Part shown: positions 26,624 through 36,122 of the stretch, piece after piece | Numbering within the stretch: position 1 is the stretch's first letter | How the letters are laid out: the number at the start of each line of letters is the position of its first letter | Assembly: GCA_964344175.1 (NCBI GenBank) | Contig: CAYFMI010000010.1 | Location: forward strand, 243 to 64,242 | Length of the DNA: 64,000 nt | Reading direction: 5' to 3' | DNA from: an uncultured Anaerolineales bacterium | Lineage (GTDB): Bacteria; Chloroflexota; Anaerolineae; Anaerolineales; UBA11858 | Notes under the pieces: model-generated | Seen by the model: the letters and a program-made list of their open reading frames with translations, nothing else | What the model was told of the DNA's origin: nothing | Database searches by the model: none | Translations under genes and position numbers: made by a program

Positions 26624-26853
26624 GAATGTCCTAATTTTAGCCCTGGCGTGTGGAGGAATGGGGAAAACCCCCCACGTTTTCATGATGGAGATAGGCAAAT
26701 GTCCTGGTGCTATTGCCCCCTGAGAAGGGCGTGTATCGGCGGTTCAACCTATTTGTGAAACTGGGCACATATCCGATTTCCTAAAAGCCTTTCCCTTGCT
26801 ACACTGTGGCTAACAAATCCAATTCACCGTATGAGAGAGAAAGGCAGGATTTC

Positions 26854-26961
26854 ATGTCCACAATTGTATTAGGAACACTCTTGTTAGTACGGATTATCTT
26901 TCCCCTGGTGCTTTGTTTATTGCTGGGGACGCTGGTTAATCGCTATCAGTACCAATTCTGA
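26854..26961 (+). CDS. possible 35-aa hydrophobic peptide (MSTIVLGTLLLVRIIFPLVLCLLLGTLVNRYQYQF)
   Basis: It is an ATG ORF that I translated by hand; it is shorter than any ORF listed in the track. A purine-rich GAGAGAGAAAGGCAGG lies upstream. It sits immediately before the next small membrane ORF. Confidence 0.25.
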   Translation: MSTIVLGTLLLVRIIFPLVLCLLLGTLVNRYQYQF

Positions 26962-26975
26962 AAGCGAGGACTGTA

Positions 26976-27326
26976 ATGGGAACATATGAAGGGTTAATCC
27001 TGGCCATTGGATGGTTTGTGCTACGCTTTGGCCTTCCAGTTGCGATTACTGCGCTGCTCATCTGGTTTTTCAGGAAGCTGGATACTCGCTGGCAGGCTGA
27101 AGCAAAGCAACATATCGATCAGAGCAAAATTGAACGCATTGCCCCAGTTGTTCGATGTTGGCTGCTAAATGATTGCCCAGAAGATAAAACAAAGTACTGT
27201 CTGGCATTCCAAAACCAAGATGTGCCCTGCTGGCAAAATTTTCGAGCAGGAGATGGATCTCTTCAAGCGCGTTGTCTGGCATGCCGCGTATTTCGAGGCA
27301 CTCCTGCACCTGCCTTTGGTGATTAG
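26976..27326 (+). CDS. small membrane-anchored Cys-rich protein of unknown function
   Basis: The 116-aa product has one N-terminal TM helix. A soluble part follows, with 6 Cys including a C-terminal CxxC (CLAC). Confidence 0.45.
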   Translation: MGTYEGLILAIGWFVLRFGLPVAITALLIWFFRKLDTRWQAEAKQHIDQSKIERIAPVVRCWLLNDCPEDKTKYCLAFQNQDVPCWQNFRAGDGSLQARCLACRVFRGTPAPAFGD

Positions 27327-27341
27327 AGAGGACGATTAACA

Positions 27342-28274
27342 ATGAAAAAAACTGTTCTATTTCGATGGATAGTTGCCGTATTATTTGCGGTTCCTTTTGT
27401 GTTTGTAGCCGTTGCTGGTGTGCAAGCAAGCACACTTCTCGATGAAACTCCGGTTGATCCGGGTTGTCAAGAATGCCATCCGGCTATTCATGGTGCCTGG
27501 AAAAATAGTCACCACGGTCAGGCGATGACAGATCCAAATTTTGCTGCTGCCTGGGAAGAACAAGGCCAACCCAACGAATGTCTTCCCTGCCACACAACCG
27601 GGTATGATCCCATAACGCGAACTTGGGAGTCAGATGGCATTACCTGTGAAGCATGCCATGCCCCTATGCCGTCCAACCACCCAGATCAGCCGATGCCAAC
27701 TGATCGATCGGCCAGCCTGTGTGGAGGCTGCCACCAAGAAACAGTCTTGGAATGGAAAGTCAGCCACCACCATCAAGCGGAACTAACCTGTGTGGATTGC
27801 CACGGGCAACACTCAACTTCCCTGAAGGGGCAGGATGCCCAAGCGCTGTGCTCAAGCTGCCATCAAGAGCGTGTTTTAGATTACACCCACTCAGCGCACA
27901 GTATGGAAGGTCTCTTGTGTGCCGATTGTCACCTGGGTTCTACCGGTGAAGTCGCTGGTGAAGGGCATGCCTTGAAAGATCACAGCTTCCATGTGAATCT
28001 ATCAACCTGCACGGATTGCCACGCCGATGAAATGCACGACCCCGTAGGAGCAGTAGCTTCGGTTTCCAATGATGATAATAGCTCATCAGGGCCGAAGCTA
28101 GATGCCATGGCTGCAGTTACCGATTTGGGTGTGAGCGCGGTGCCCGATCCGATCAGCCCGATATACTATGCATTGATTGCAGGGTTGATTGGCATGGCAT
28201 TTGGTTTGTTGGTTGCTCCCTGGGTAGAGCGCTGGTATCGCAGCCTCGATCAGCGCACCCGTGTAGATGAATAG
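27342..28274 (+). CDS. octaheme c-type cytochrome with signal peptide and C-terminal TM anchor
   Basis: The 8 CxxCH motifs are CQECH, CLPCH, CEACH, CGGCH, CVDCH, CSSCH, CADCH and CTDCH. The C-terminal helix is IYYALIAGLIGMAFGLLVAPW. Confidence 0.8.
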   Translation: MKKTVLFRWIVAVLFAVPFVFVAVAGVQASTLLDETPVDPGCQECHPAIHGAWKNSHHGQAMTDPNFAAAWEEQGQPNECLPCHTTGYDPITRTWESDGITCEACHAPMPSNHPDQPMPTDRSASLCGGCHQETVLEWKVSHHHQAELTCVDCHGQHSTSLKGQDAQALCSSCHQERVLDYTHSAHSMEGLLCADCHLGSTGEVAGEGHALKDHSFHVNLSTCTDCHADEMHDPVGAVASVSNDDNSSSGPKLDAMAAVTDLGVSAVPDPISPIYYALIAGLIGMAFGLLVAPWVERWYRSLDQRTRVDE

Positions 28275-28292
28275 GGGAGAGCGAGGTGCATT

Positions 28293-29066
28293 ATGACAAA
28301 GAAAAATGAGAGCTTGAATCGACGTGACTTCATCAAAATTATGGTGGGCGGCGGTGCTACCGTTGCCAGCCTGAAAGCTGCTAAATCCGTTTCGGCTTCA
28401 CATCCCGACGGCAGCAGCCCGCATCGTTGGGCTATGGTGATCGACCAGGGCAAATGCGAAGGTTGTGGTTTTTGCACCCTGGCTTGCCAGGCGCACAATG
28501 ATATCGCACCAGATATTTCTTGGAACCGGGTGATTGAGTCGTCTGAAGTCGATGGCAAAAAATGTTACCTTGCCCGCCCTTGTATGCAGTGTGAACATGC
28601 CCCATGTGTGGATGTGTGTCCGGTGGGCGCCAGTTATTATCGGGCGGATGGGATTGTAATGATGGATTACGACCTTTGTATTGGTTGCCGCTATTGTGAG
28701 GTGGCCTGCCCCTATAATGCCCGATCCTTCAATTGGCAAGCCTTCACTGGTGAAAACCCGGCGGTTCCAGATTGGGGTGAACCCGAAGTGGAGCGTCGTC
28801 CGCGCGGTGTCGTAGAAAAATGCTCATTTTGCTATCACCGCATTGACCGCGGCCTGGCCCTGGGGCTGACCCCCGGTGTGGATCCAGATGCCACCCCAGC
28901 CTGTGTTGTCGCTTGCCCTGTTGGGGCCAGAGTGTTTGGTGATCTCAATGATCCAGACTCTGAGGTGAGTCAAATTGTGAAGAACCGCGTCACCCATCGT
29001 CTGCGTGAAGATCTTGGAACCGGGCCGCGGGTGTACTACATTTGCCCCGAGAGCCAGGAGGCATGA
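28293..29066 (+). CDS. Tat-exported 4Fe-4S ferredoxin-type subunit (NrfC/PsrB/DsrO/HmcB-like)
   Basis: The Tat motif is NRRDFIK. There are four Cys clusters: CEGCGFC..C, CMQCEHAPC..C, CIGCRYC..C and CSFC...CVVAC. Confidence 0.8.
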   Translation: MTKKNESLNRRDFIKIMVGGGATVASLKAAKSVSASHPDGSSPHRWAMVIDQGKCEGCGFCTLACQAHNDIAPDISWNRVIESSEVDGKKCYLARPCMQCEHAPCVDVCPVGASYYRADGIVMMDYDLCIGCRYCEVACPYNARSFNWQAFTGENPAVPDWGEPEVERRPRGVVEKCSFCYHRIDRGLALGLTPGVDPDATPACVVACPVGARVFGDLNDPDSEVSQIVKNRVTHRLREDLGTGPRVYYICPESQEA

Positions 29067-29067
29067 T

Positions 29068-30321
29068 ATGAATATCAAACGCTTGCTTCGCAACCTAACT
29101 AAATTCCACTACTGGCTGGTCGGGCTGACGATAGTAATGGTGGCCGGGGTGATCGGCGCTCTGATTGTCTTTGTAAAGGGGTTAGTCGTCACCAACTTGA
29201 CCGACCTGGTTCCCTGGGGCCTATGGATCACAATTGACCTGTCCTCGATTGCCTTGAGCGCAGGGGCATTTACCTTGTGTGCAGCGGTCTATCTGATTGG
29301 CCTGAAAGAGTATCAACCGGTAGCGAAGACAGCCACTTTTATTGGCATTATCGGCTATAGCATGGCCATGCTGTGCTTGCTGCTAGATATTGGCCGTCCC
29401 GACCGCTTCTGGCATGCCTTTGTGTTTTGGAACGTACACTCAGTGCTGTGGGAAGTGACCATGTGCGTTGGGTTGTACTTCACCGTGCTGACCTTAGAAA
29501 CCCTGCCGATCATTGGCGAAGCCGAGTGGTTCCGCTCGCGTTGGCCGAAACCAGCCAAGTGGATGACGAAGATTCACCATTATGCGCCTTATCTGGCGAT
29601 TGCTGGTTTGTGTCTTTCGATGCTGCATCAATCATCGTTGGGCGCTACCTATGGTGTGTTGAAAGCACGCCCGCTGTGGTATTCCCCCAGCTTGTCGGTG
29701 CTGTTCATGTATTCGGCTATTGTCGGCGGTATTTCGTTGACTATTCTAAGTTCGATGATTGCGGCCCGCCTGAGTGATAAAGCGAATGTGATCGATTCAC
29801 TTTTAGAGAAGTTAGCGCATTTCGTTGGTTGGGCCTTGGTGGGCTATCTTTATTTCCGATTTTGGTATGCCTTCTCGATGACCTATACCTATGAGCCTGG
29901 ACGCACCGAGGGGTTGAGACTGCTCACGAAGGGGCCGCTGGCTTTCAACTTCTGGCTGGGTGAGATCATTCTAGGGGCGGTTGTTCCCATTGTGATCTTA
30001 CTTAAGAAAGATTGGCGGGCGCGCCCCTGGTTGCGCATGGTGGCTTTAGGGCTTGTCGTGGGTGGCTTAGTTGCCTATCGTTGGGATACGAACCTTTCAG
30101 GGCAATTGGTGATCTTAACCTACCTCCACAACGAAATCAGCACTTTATATACCAGCTATGTGCCCTCGTTGATTGAAATTGTTGTTGGGGGAGGGGTTGT
30201 AGCCTTTGGGTTGATGGCGTTCACTTTGGGGGTGCAATTCCTCAAGGTAGTAGACCACTCTTCGGAAGAAGAACCCGCGCTGGGGTCAGCAGTGGAGGCT
30301 ATCCCTCTTTCCGGAGATTAG
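29068..30321 (+). CDS. NrfD/PsrC/DsrP-family polytopic quinone-interacting membrane subunit
   Basis: The product has about 10 TM helices. ATG 29068 follows an AGGAGG RBS and the upstream TGA at 29064. Its position after an NrfC-like gene fits the family. Confidence 0.7.
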   Translation: MNIKRLLRNLTKFHYWLVGLTIVMVAGVIGALIVFVKGLVVTNLTDLVPWGLWITIDLSSIALSAGAFTLCAAVYLIGLKEYQPVAKTATFIGIIGYSMAMLCLLLDIGRPDRFWHAFVFWNVHSVLWEVTMCVGLYFTVLTLETLPIIGEAEWFRSRWPKPAKWMTKIHHYAPYLAIAGLCLSMLHQSSLGATYGVLKARPLWYSPSLSVLFMYSAIVGGISLTILSSMIAARLSDKANVIDSLLEKLAHFVGWALVGYLYFRFWYAFSMTYTYEPGRTEGLRLLTKGPLAFNFWLGEIILGAVVPIVILLKKDWRARPWLRMVALGLVVGGLVAYRWDTNLSGQLVILTYLHNEISTLYTSYVPSLIEIVVGGGVVAFGLMAFTLGVQFLKVVDHSSEEEPALGSAVEAIPLSGD

Positions 30322-30380
30322 CTCACAAAAATCGTTTCTCCTCTTCAAGCGATGTGTGATGAGACATCGCACTCTCCAAA

Positions 30381-30413
30381 AAGCCCCCGATCTTAATCAA
30401 GGATCGGGGGCTT
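30381..30413. terminator. bidirectional terminator between convergent operons
   Basis: AAGCCCCCGATC, a 9-nt loop, GATCGGGGGCTT. Confidence 0.7.
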
Positions 30414-30438
30414 GAACATTCCTTAGGGAGTGCGGCGG

Positions 30439-32142
30439 CTATTCGCTCTTTTCGGGTGCTCCTAATTGGATCCACTCAAAAACTCGCGTCAGTTCATCGT
30501 TGTTAAACTGCCCAAAATGGGGTTGCTCGCCGGTTTGTTTCGTGATGAGCAGGCTGTTCTCCGGATCTCCAGGAATCACCGCCGGGCCGCCATCACCCCC
30601 CGCCATTGTGGCCTCATAGGATGTCAGACTGAGGCCTTCCACACCATCTTCTCCGTGGCATGTCCCACAACGTAATTCGAGCAGGGGGGCAATTGTGTCT
30701 TCGTAGGTGAGGGGGCCTCCCGTTGGAAGTTCGGGTTCAGGTGGGGGCGGGGGCATCTGTTCCAGAAGAATTGCGCGCAGTTTGGGCGCGTTGAACCCGG
30801 CATATTCCCAAACGTTGCCATGACAGGCGCTGTTCGAGCAGAAGGATGTATTACTCACGCCGCCCGGATCCTCGGTGGTGTGGCAGTTTTGGCAGGTGTA
30901 GTCGAATACGTCGCGGTGCAGGCTGATCCAATTGGCGTTGAGGTGGGTTTCAGGTTCCGGGCCGCGGCTGATCTCGATGTTCGCAACAAAATCTGAAGCG
31001 CTGCTAACAATTGGAATTGAGTGACAAATATTGCATTCCAGTCGAATGGCTTCTTCTTGTTCGTTTAGATGTTTGCCATCATGACAGCGAAAACAGCCTG
31101 GCGAGTATTCATGACCAATATTGTTGGGGTGGGAATTCCAATCGGCTTTTTGTTCGGGATATACGCTCTGGGCATAGGCATCTTGCAGCGCTGTAATGGC
31201 ATTCTCAACCAGCAGGGCATTCTCTGCATAGAAATCGGGGAGGTATGTCTCGTAATAATCGGTCAGACCCGCAATTGCAGCAAGCCCGATTTCTTTGGTT
31301 TGGTAATCACGGTAAAGGATTTCGATGGCTAAACGGCGAATCTCAGGAATGGAAGTCGAAACCACGCCGCGTTCCATGAGTTGATCGAGAATATCTTCGG
31401 GGTGGTAAACAAGGTGTGAAATGCGGTTATGGCAAGTGATGCAATCCATCTCCTGAAGGTCTTCTTCATTGATGGTGGATGAGTCTATTTCGGCTTCGAC
31501 GTCCAAATATTCCGTAATTGTGCCATCCTCGGCGACGATTTGAATATAGGGAATTACTTGCCCGGCATCATCCGTTGGTAAATAATACACCGGATTTTCA
31601 ATATGCCAATGGATGCCCTGTCCTAAGCCTAGTCGCTTTGACCCGCCGCCGGTTTTCATAATCAGGTATGTAGATACTGCTGTGTTGTCAAAATCACTCT
31701 GGAATTGCCTGATTTCGCGCAAGCTGTCGTCGGAGAATTTTTCGGGGAAATGGCACAGTTCACAGGTATCACGCGATGGCCGCAACTCGTGTGCTTCAAT
31801 GGGGTACTCGTAATCTTTAAAGAGTAAAGAAATGATATGCTTGGCGTCTCCGGCTTTGCGGGTAATTCGAGTAGCAATAAAACCGCGCCCAATATGGCAA
31901 TCCACACAATCAACACGGGCATGAGGGGAAGTAAGGTAGGATGTGTATTCCGGTGGCATGGTGTGACACGCCGTGCCACAGAATTCGGGAGAATTGGTAT
32001 ATTCCCAAGCATACGCCCCGGAGATCAGAACAATTAATGTCAAGCCTCCTAATACAGCATAGGGCAAGATCCTCTGCCATCGGGGTGTACCTTCAGGGGG
32101 AAAGAAGAATTGTTTAAGCCAATTTGCGAAGCGTTTGCCCAT
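30439..32142 (-). CDS. membrane-anchored NapC/NirT/NrfH-like multiheme cytochrome with extra heme domains (9 motifs)
   Basis: It has an N-terminal TM helix. The heme motifs are CGTACH (CX3CH), CVDCH, CELCH, CITCH, CFRCH, CNICH, CQNCH, CSNSACH (CX4CH) and CGTCH. The last motif lies in a class-I-like C-terminal domain. Confidence 0.7.
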   Translation of the reverse strand: MGKRFANWLKQFFFPPEGTPRWQRILPYAVLGGLTLIVLISGAYAWEYTNSPEFCGTACHTMPPEYTSYLTSPHARVDCVDCHIGRGFIATRITRKAGDAKHIISLLFKDYEYPIEAHELRPSRDTCELCHFPEKFSDDSLREIRQFQSDFDNTAVSTYLIMKTGGGSKRLGLGQGIHWHIENPVYYLPTDDAGQVIPYIQIVAEDGTITEYLDVEAEIDSSTINEEDLQEMDCITCHNRISHLVYHPEDILDQLMERGVVSTSIPEIRRLAIEILYRDYQTKEIGLAAIAGLTDYYETYLPDFYAENALLVENAITALQDAYAQSVYPEQKADWNSHPNNIGHEYSPGCFRCHDGKHLNEQEEAIRLECNICHSIPIVSSASDFVANIEISRGPEPETHLNANWISLHRDVFDYTCQNCHTTEDPGGVSNTSFCSNSACHGNVWEYAGFNAPKLRAILLEQMPPPPPEPELPTGGPLTYEDTIAPLLELRCGTCHGEDGVEGLSLTSYEATMAGGDGGPAVIPGDPENSLLITKQTGEQPHFGQFNNDELTRVFEWIQLGAPEKSE

Positions 32143-32238
32143 TGCGAGATGCTCCTCTTTGTTTACTGGTAAAAAGAGTCGATTAATATGTAATTTATAC
32201 CATGACTATCGGATGACAATCGTCGCAAAATAGAGAAT

Positions 32239-32294
32239 AAACATCTTAAAAAATCGAGCGGCATAATTATGCCGCTCGATTTTTTAAGATGTTT
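32239..32294. terminator. 56-bp perfect palindrome (26-bp arms) downstream of the cytochrome b/c gene
   Basis: AAACATCTTAAAAAATCGAGCGGCAT-AATT-ATGCCGCTCGATTTTTTAAGATGTTT, verified base by base. Confidence 0.6.
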
Positions 32295-32321
32295 AGCTGG
32301 TTATCGGTTTGCTTGGAGAAA

Positions 32322-33479
32322 TTATTCTTCCGGCGCGCCTGCTAAAATCCATTCGATGATGAAATCTAACTCTTCTTCCGAGAATTGACCAGGGTGACTG
32401 CCGGCCACCTGTACACTCACTAATCGACTGGCGTTAGGGTCTTCCGGAATAATCGCCTCGCCGGAAACCCCACCTTCCATGGCGCTCTCGTATGAACTCA
32501 GGTCGAGACCTCCCATTGCGGCTGCACCGTGGCAGGATGCGCATTTATCATCAATGATAGATGCGATACTTTCAGCCCACGATAAGCCGGAAATCGGTGC
32601 TGGAGTGGGGGTTGGCATCGGGGTCGGTAATGGCGTCGGTGTGTATGGAGAGAATACGACCACCGACTCGGCAGGGGGAACCGTTTCTAAGGCGGTTTCT
32701 TCACCATTTACGAAGAAGAAAACCCCGGCAAGCATAACCACGGCAGCGACCCCATAAACGGGGAAGAATATCTTCTTCCGTTTAGCTATTGCTTTGGGGT
32801 CTTGAGGAATTTCGGCAATGCCGGCTTTGATATCGGCAAGTTCTAGAGGATGCTCTTCGAGCATTTCGTGTTCAGATATATAGCCGGTGAACATGCTCTT
32901 GTTCAAATGTTTTATGTGGACATTATAGAAGTGCCAGATGATGATCGCCAGAACGGCCAACAAAGCTTCACCGCTGTGCGCGGCCTTTGCCGCTGGGATT
33001 GCCATTCCGGGGAGGAAACGCGCTGTGGAAATTGGATTCCAAAGCATAAACCCGGTAATGCCCATCACAAGGGTGCCCCAGACAAAAGCCCAGTATTCAA
33101 ATTTCTCGTCAAAGGTGAAACGTCCTTGTTGGGGTTTTTCTTCTTGGAAACCTAAGTTATGCATGAAGATGCCCCAGGCAGCTGTGACATCCTGGATGGT
33201 GGGAAGCATAGTAATGCGAGATCGTTTGACGTAATATTTATACCCTGCAGCGCCAAGATGGTAAATTGTGCCCAGCATAAGACCTACCGAAGCAACCCGA
33301 TGGATGATGCGCACAGATTCAATTCCACCTAACCCGGCGATGATCGAAATCGATATTTCAGCTCCAGAATATTTTTGAATCAAGCCGGTGAGTCCCAGTA
33401 ATCCAAAGCTAATCACTTGAATCCAGTGCTCGATGCGATCTGAGATTGAAAAACGGAGGTATCTACGTTCTTTACTCAT
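32322..33479 (-). CDS. cytochrome b (FdnI/PhsC-like) membrane protein fused to a C-terminal monoheme cytochrome c domain
   Basis: The N-terminal motif is RFSISDRIEHWIQVISFGLLGLTG, followed by 4-5 TM helices with conserved His. A Pro/Thr linker leads to CASCH in a domain homologous to the C-terminus of 30439..32142. Confidence 0.7.
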   Translation of the reverse strand: MSKERRYLRFSISDRIEHWIQVISFGLLGLTGLIQKYSGAEISISIIAGLGGIESVRIIHRVASVGLMLGTIYHLGAAGYKYYVKRSRITMLPTIQDVTAAWGIFMHNLGFQEEKPQQGRFTFDEKFEYWAFVWGTLVMGITGFMLWNPISTARFLPGMAIPAAKAAHSGEALLAVLAIIIWHFYNVHIKHLNKSMFTGYISEHEMLEEHPLELADIKAGIAEIPQDPKAIAKRKKIFFPVYGVAAVVMLAGVFFFVNGEETALETVPPAESVVVFSPYTPTPLPTPMPTPTPAPISGLSWAESIASIIDDKCASCHGAAAMGGLDLSSYESAMEGGVSGEAIIPEDPNASRLVSVQVAGSHPGQFSEEELDFIIEWILAGAPEE

Positions 33480-34588
33480 TTTCGCCCCCCTATCTTATCT
33501 GAGATTTTCTTTTTAATATCGGCGCCGATAAACACGAGCATGCCTCCAATCGTCACAGGGATAATGATCTTGTAAAAAAGATCAATAAAGAACACCAAGG
33601 GAGCCTCTGTTGGGCTTGGTTCATAGTGCCCTAGCCACGACGTCGGGAAGTTTGTTGTGGCATTGGGGTGGCATTTTTGACAAGTGGTTAACAAATTCTT
33701 CTTGATGACATAGCTTTCTGGGTCATCCACTTTACGCATGTCATGCACGCCATGACAATCGATGCAGACAGGCTTGTTGGTCTCTTGGTCGGGCGTCAAT
33801 TTCTCGAAGAGGACAACCGTTGTGCCGTGGAAATCGGAAACGTAGGTATCGAAAACATGGGTGCTGATATCGTACCGTGCCATGAGTTCAGGATCGGCGT
33901 GGCAGTCGGCGCAAATTTGGGGCGAGAATAAATGAAAAGACTCGCTCGTAGATGGCCCTTGGAGACTGTGGACACCGTGGCAGTCTGTGCAGGTGGGGAC
34001 ATCGGGGTTCCCTTCACCAATTAACGCGGAGCCATGTACACTGCTGGCATACGAGCGGTAAATTGTTGAGTGGCAGCGTTCACACATTTTCGGGATATTG
34101 CTGCGAGGTGGCTCTGGCTCACTGATATTATGTGTCCCATGACAGTCGGTGCAAACTGCAGCTTCGGGGTTGCCAGCCTCAAGAGCTTGTTGGTGTGTGC
34201 TGTCGTGGGTGTCCTCATAATTACTTTGATGGCATTGCTCACAGAGGGTGTACATGGCCAATGTATATTCACGCACGGTTGTCGCAGGTATCTCGCGATG
34301 TGGATATTCTCGAATGTCGGTGTGACACTGGACACAGGCATAACCGTTCCGACCATGTACAGAAGTTGCATGTGTCACACTATCAACAGCGATATAGAGA
34401 ACTTCGCCGGATTCTAGGGTGGTGCGCAACCCTGGTGTATCATGGCAGGAAAGGCAATATTCGTCTTCTACGCCGGGGAGATTTTCCTCTGCCTGGGCAT
34501 AACTGGGCGGAACGAATAATATTCCGAGTAGAGATAGTACCCCTATGAGTGGTAGTATTTTATGTTTTGCTTTCAAAGCATCCTCCAA
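33476..34588 (-). CDS. nonaheme c-type cytochrome with signal peptide and C-terminal TM anchor
   Basis: There are 9 CxxCH motifs. An ATGA overlap couples it to the downstream cytochrome b gene. Confidence 0.8.
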   Translation of the reverse strand: MEDALKAKHKILPLIGVLSLLGILFVPPSYAQAEENLPGVEDEYCLSCHDTPGLRTTLESGEVLYIAVDSVTHATSVHGRNGYACVQCHTDIREYPHREIPATTVREYTLAMYTLCEQCHQSNYEDTHDSTHQQALEAGNPEAAVCTDCHGTHNISEPEPPRSNIPKMCERCHSTIYRSYASSVHGSALIGEGNPDVPTCTDCHGVHSLQGPSTSESFHLFSPQICADCHADPELMARYDISTHVFDTYVSDFHGTTVVLFEKLTPDQETNKPVCIDCHGVHDMRKVDDPESYVIKKNLLTTCQKCHPNATTNFPTSWLGHYEPSPTEAPLVFFIDLFYKIIIPVTIGGMLVFIGADIKKKISDKIGGRK

Positions 34589-34800
34589 AGAGAATGTACA
34601 CTACCCAACATTAACGCGCTCACAGCGATTTGTTGGGCTAATGAAAAGTGACATAACGATTGATGATAATTGCACGAAGTATAGCACAGGCATAACTTAT
34701 AAATCAGGGTAAAACGTCGGTGATATGGGGGGAAATTATCAACATTTGTGATAGTTATCTCAAAGTATTTGTGATGTTAGTAACAAATTGTGGGTAAAAA

Positions 34801-34831
34801 ACGCGGGCCGGGATCACTTCCCGGCCCGCGT
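34801..34831 (-). terminator. rho-independent terminator after the collagen-like cytochrome gene
   Basis: ACGCGGGCCGGGA, a 5-nt loop, TCCCGGCCCGCGT. A T-tract follows on the minus strand. Confidence 0.7.
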
Positions 34832-34853
34832 TGGAGCCTAAGCAGATATTCGA

Positions 34854-36122
34854 TTAGGGGGCGTCAGGGCGATCGTGATAGCCGTACGCTTTATCGATGA
34901 GTTCCTCATCGGTTTTCACGGAGGCCGATCCACCTTCAACATGACAACTGCGGCAGGCAAAGTCAAGTCCTAGTTGTGATAAAGCTTCCGAACCGTCTTC
35001 TGTGAACTGCCCAATTTGCGTGGGATCAATCGCCATCAGGTGTGTGCGGATGTCGCCGGTGAACATTTCGGCATTGCCAACTGCACTCTTGGTGACGCGG
35101 GGCATATGGCAGTCGATACATTCAGCCACTGCCGGGTGAACCTGAGAATCCTCGTAAGCGGTTTCTTGGAAATGGCAATTTTCGCAAGCTGTGCGGGTGG
35201 TAGGGGTACCTTCCTCAGCTTTGCGCAATTGCACAACCCCAGTATGAGGGTCGTGGCAGGTCACACAGTCGATGGTGATGTGCTTGCTCTGGAAGAGTTC
35301 TTCGTACTGTTCGTGGTGCTTGATGAAACCGCCGCTAGCATTAACGGCTTCAGGTGCTCCCCGTAAGTGGCATTCACCACACTGCGCAGAATCACGCACG
35401 ATTTCCAGACCGACACCATATGGATCTTGAACGTGCAAGCTGCCGGGGCCGTGGCATTCTTCACATTGGATGCCACCTTCAGACCAAGTCCCGATTAAAC
35501 CTGGAAGGTCATCCTGATTGCCCGTGGGTCTATATCCTGTAGTGTGGCATGAGCCGCAGTCGTAGGGCGTCTCTTCGCCAGGATGGTACCCGACCCAGCC
35601 AGCTTCGTTGCCAACAATAGGGTTAGCGAAGTTGTACTGGCTGACGTATTCGGTGTTTCCATCGCCGCGTGTGCCGGGTAGGCCGGTGATTATATAGCCT
35701 TCTTTGTCCACAAAACGGGCTTTCCAGTTATAACCGCCGATGACATAGAGAATGTCGTCCCAAGTGTATCCCTCAGGAACTTCGAGTACCTCGGTGAAGG
35801 GGTAAGCGGGAGGTTGACCATCCACAACAGGATTGAGCTTGTAGGGGTGGCCAGACATCATAAAGACATCGTAGATTTCCTCATGACATCCTGCGCAAGT
35901 GGCTGATTTTACATATTCAGCACCAGCTGCCGAACCGGTTTCTCCGGCGGGACCTTCAGGCCCTTCGGGGCCTTCAGGGCCTGGGGGGCCTTGTGGCCCT
36001 TCGGGGCCGGCTGGCCCAGCGGGACCTGGGGGGCCTTCAGGCCCTTGTGGCCCGGCGCATGCTGACAGCACCAGACTGGCAATCAGTAGGATGCCGAGGG
36101 CGAAAATTTGTTTTTTTTGCAT
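34854..36122 (-). CDS. lipoprotein octaheme c-type cytochrome with N-terminal collagen-like (GXY)14 stalk
   Basis: The lipobox is LVLSAC. It is followed by [42 protein letters not shown]. There are 8 CxxCH motifs, including the [11 protein letters not shown] type. Confidence 0.8.
   Translation of the reverse strand: MQKKQIFALGILLIASLVLSACAGPQGPEGPPGPAGPAGPEGPQGPPGPEGPEGPEGPAGETGSAAGAEYVKSATCAGCHEEIYDVFMMSGHPYKLNPVVDGQPPAYPFTEVLEVPEGYTWDDILYVIGGYNWKARFVDKEGYIITGLPGTRGDGNTEYVSQYNFANPIVGNEAGWVGYHPGEETPYDCGSCHTTGYRPTGNQDDLPGLIGTWSEGGIQCEECHGPGSLHVQDPYGVGLEIVRDSAQCGECHLRGAPEAVNASGGFIKHHEQYEELFQSKHITIDCVTCHDPHTGVVQLRKAEEGTPTTRTACENCHFQETAYEDSQVHPAVAECIDCHMPRVTKSAVGNAEMFTGDIRTHLMAIDPTQIGQFTEDGSEALSQLGLDFACRSCHVEGGSASVKTDEELIDKAYGYHDRPDAP
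35928..36053 (-). repeat. collagen-like Gly-X-Y triplet repeat coding region (14 triplets)
   Basis: It was read directly from the translation. The GC-rich GGNCCN periodicity also creates a mirror ORF on the plus strand. Confidence 0.85.

Noticed and set aside
28272-28295. ORFs 27342..28274 and 28293..29066 are in the same frame, raising the question of a third recoding event.
   Set aside because: The stop is TAG, not TGA. A GGGGAGAGCGAGG RBS precedes ATG 28293. The downstream protein starts with its own Tat signal (NRRDFIK), so these are ordinary adjacent genes.
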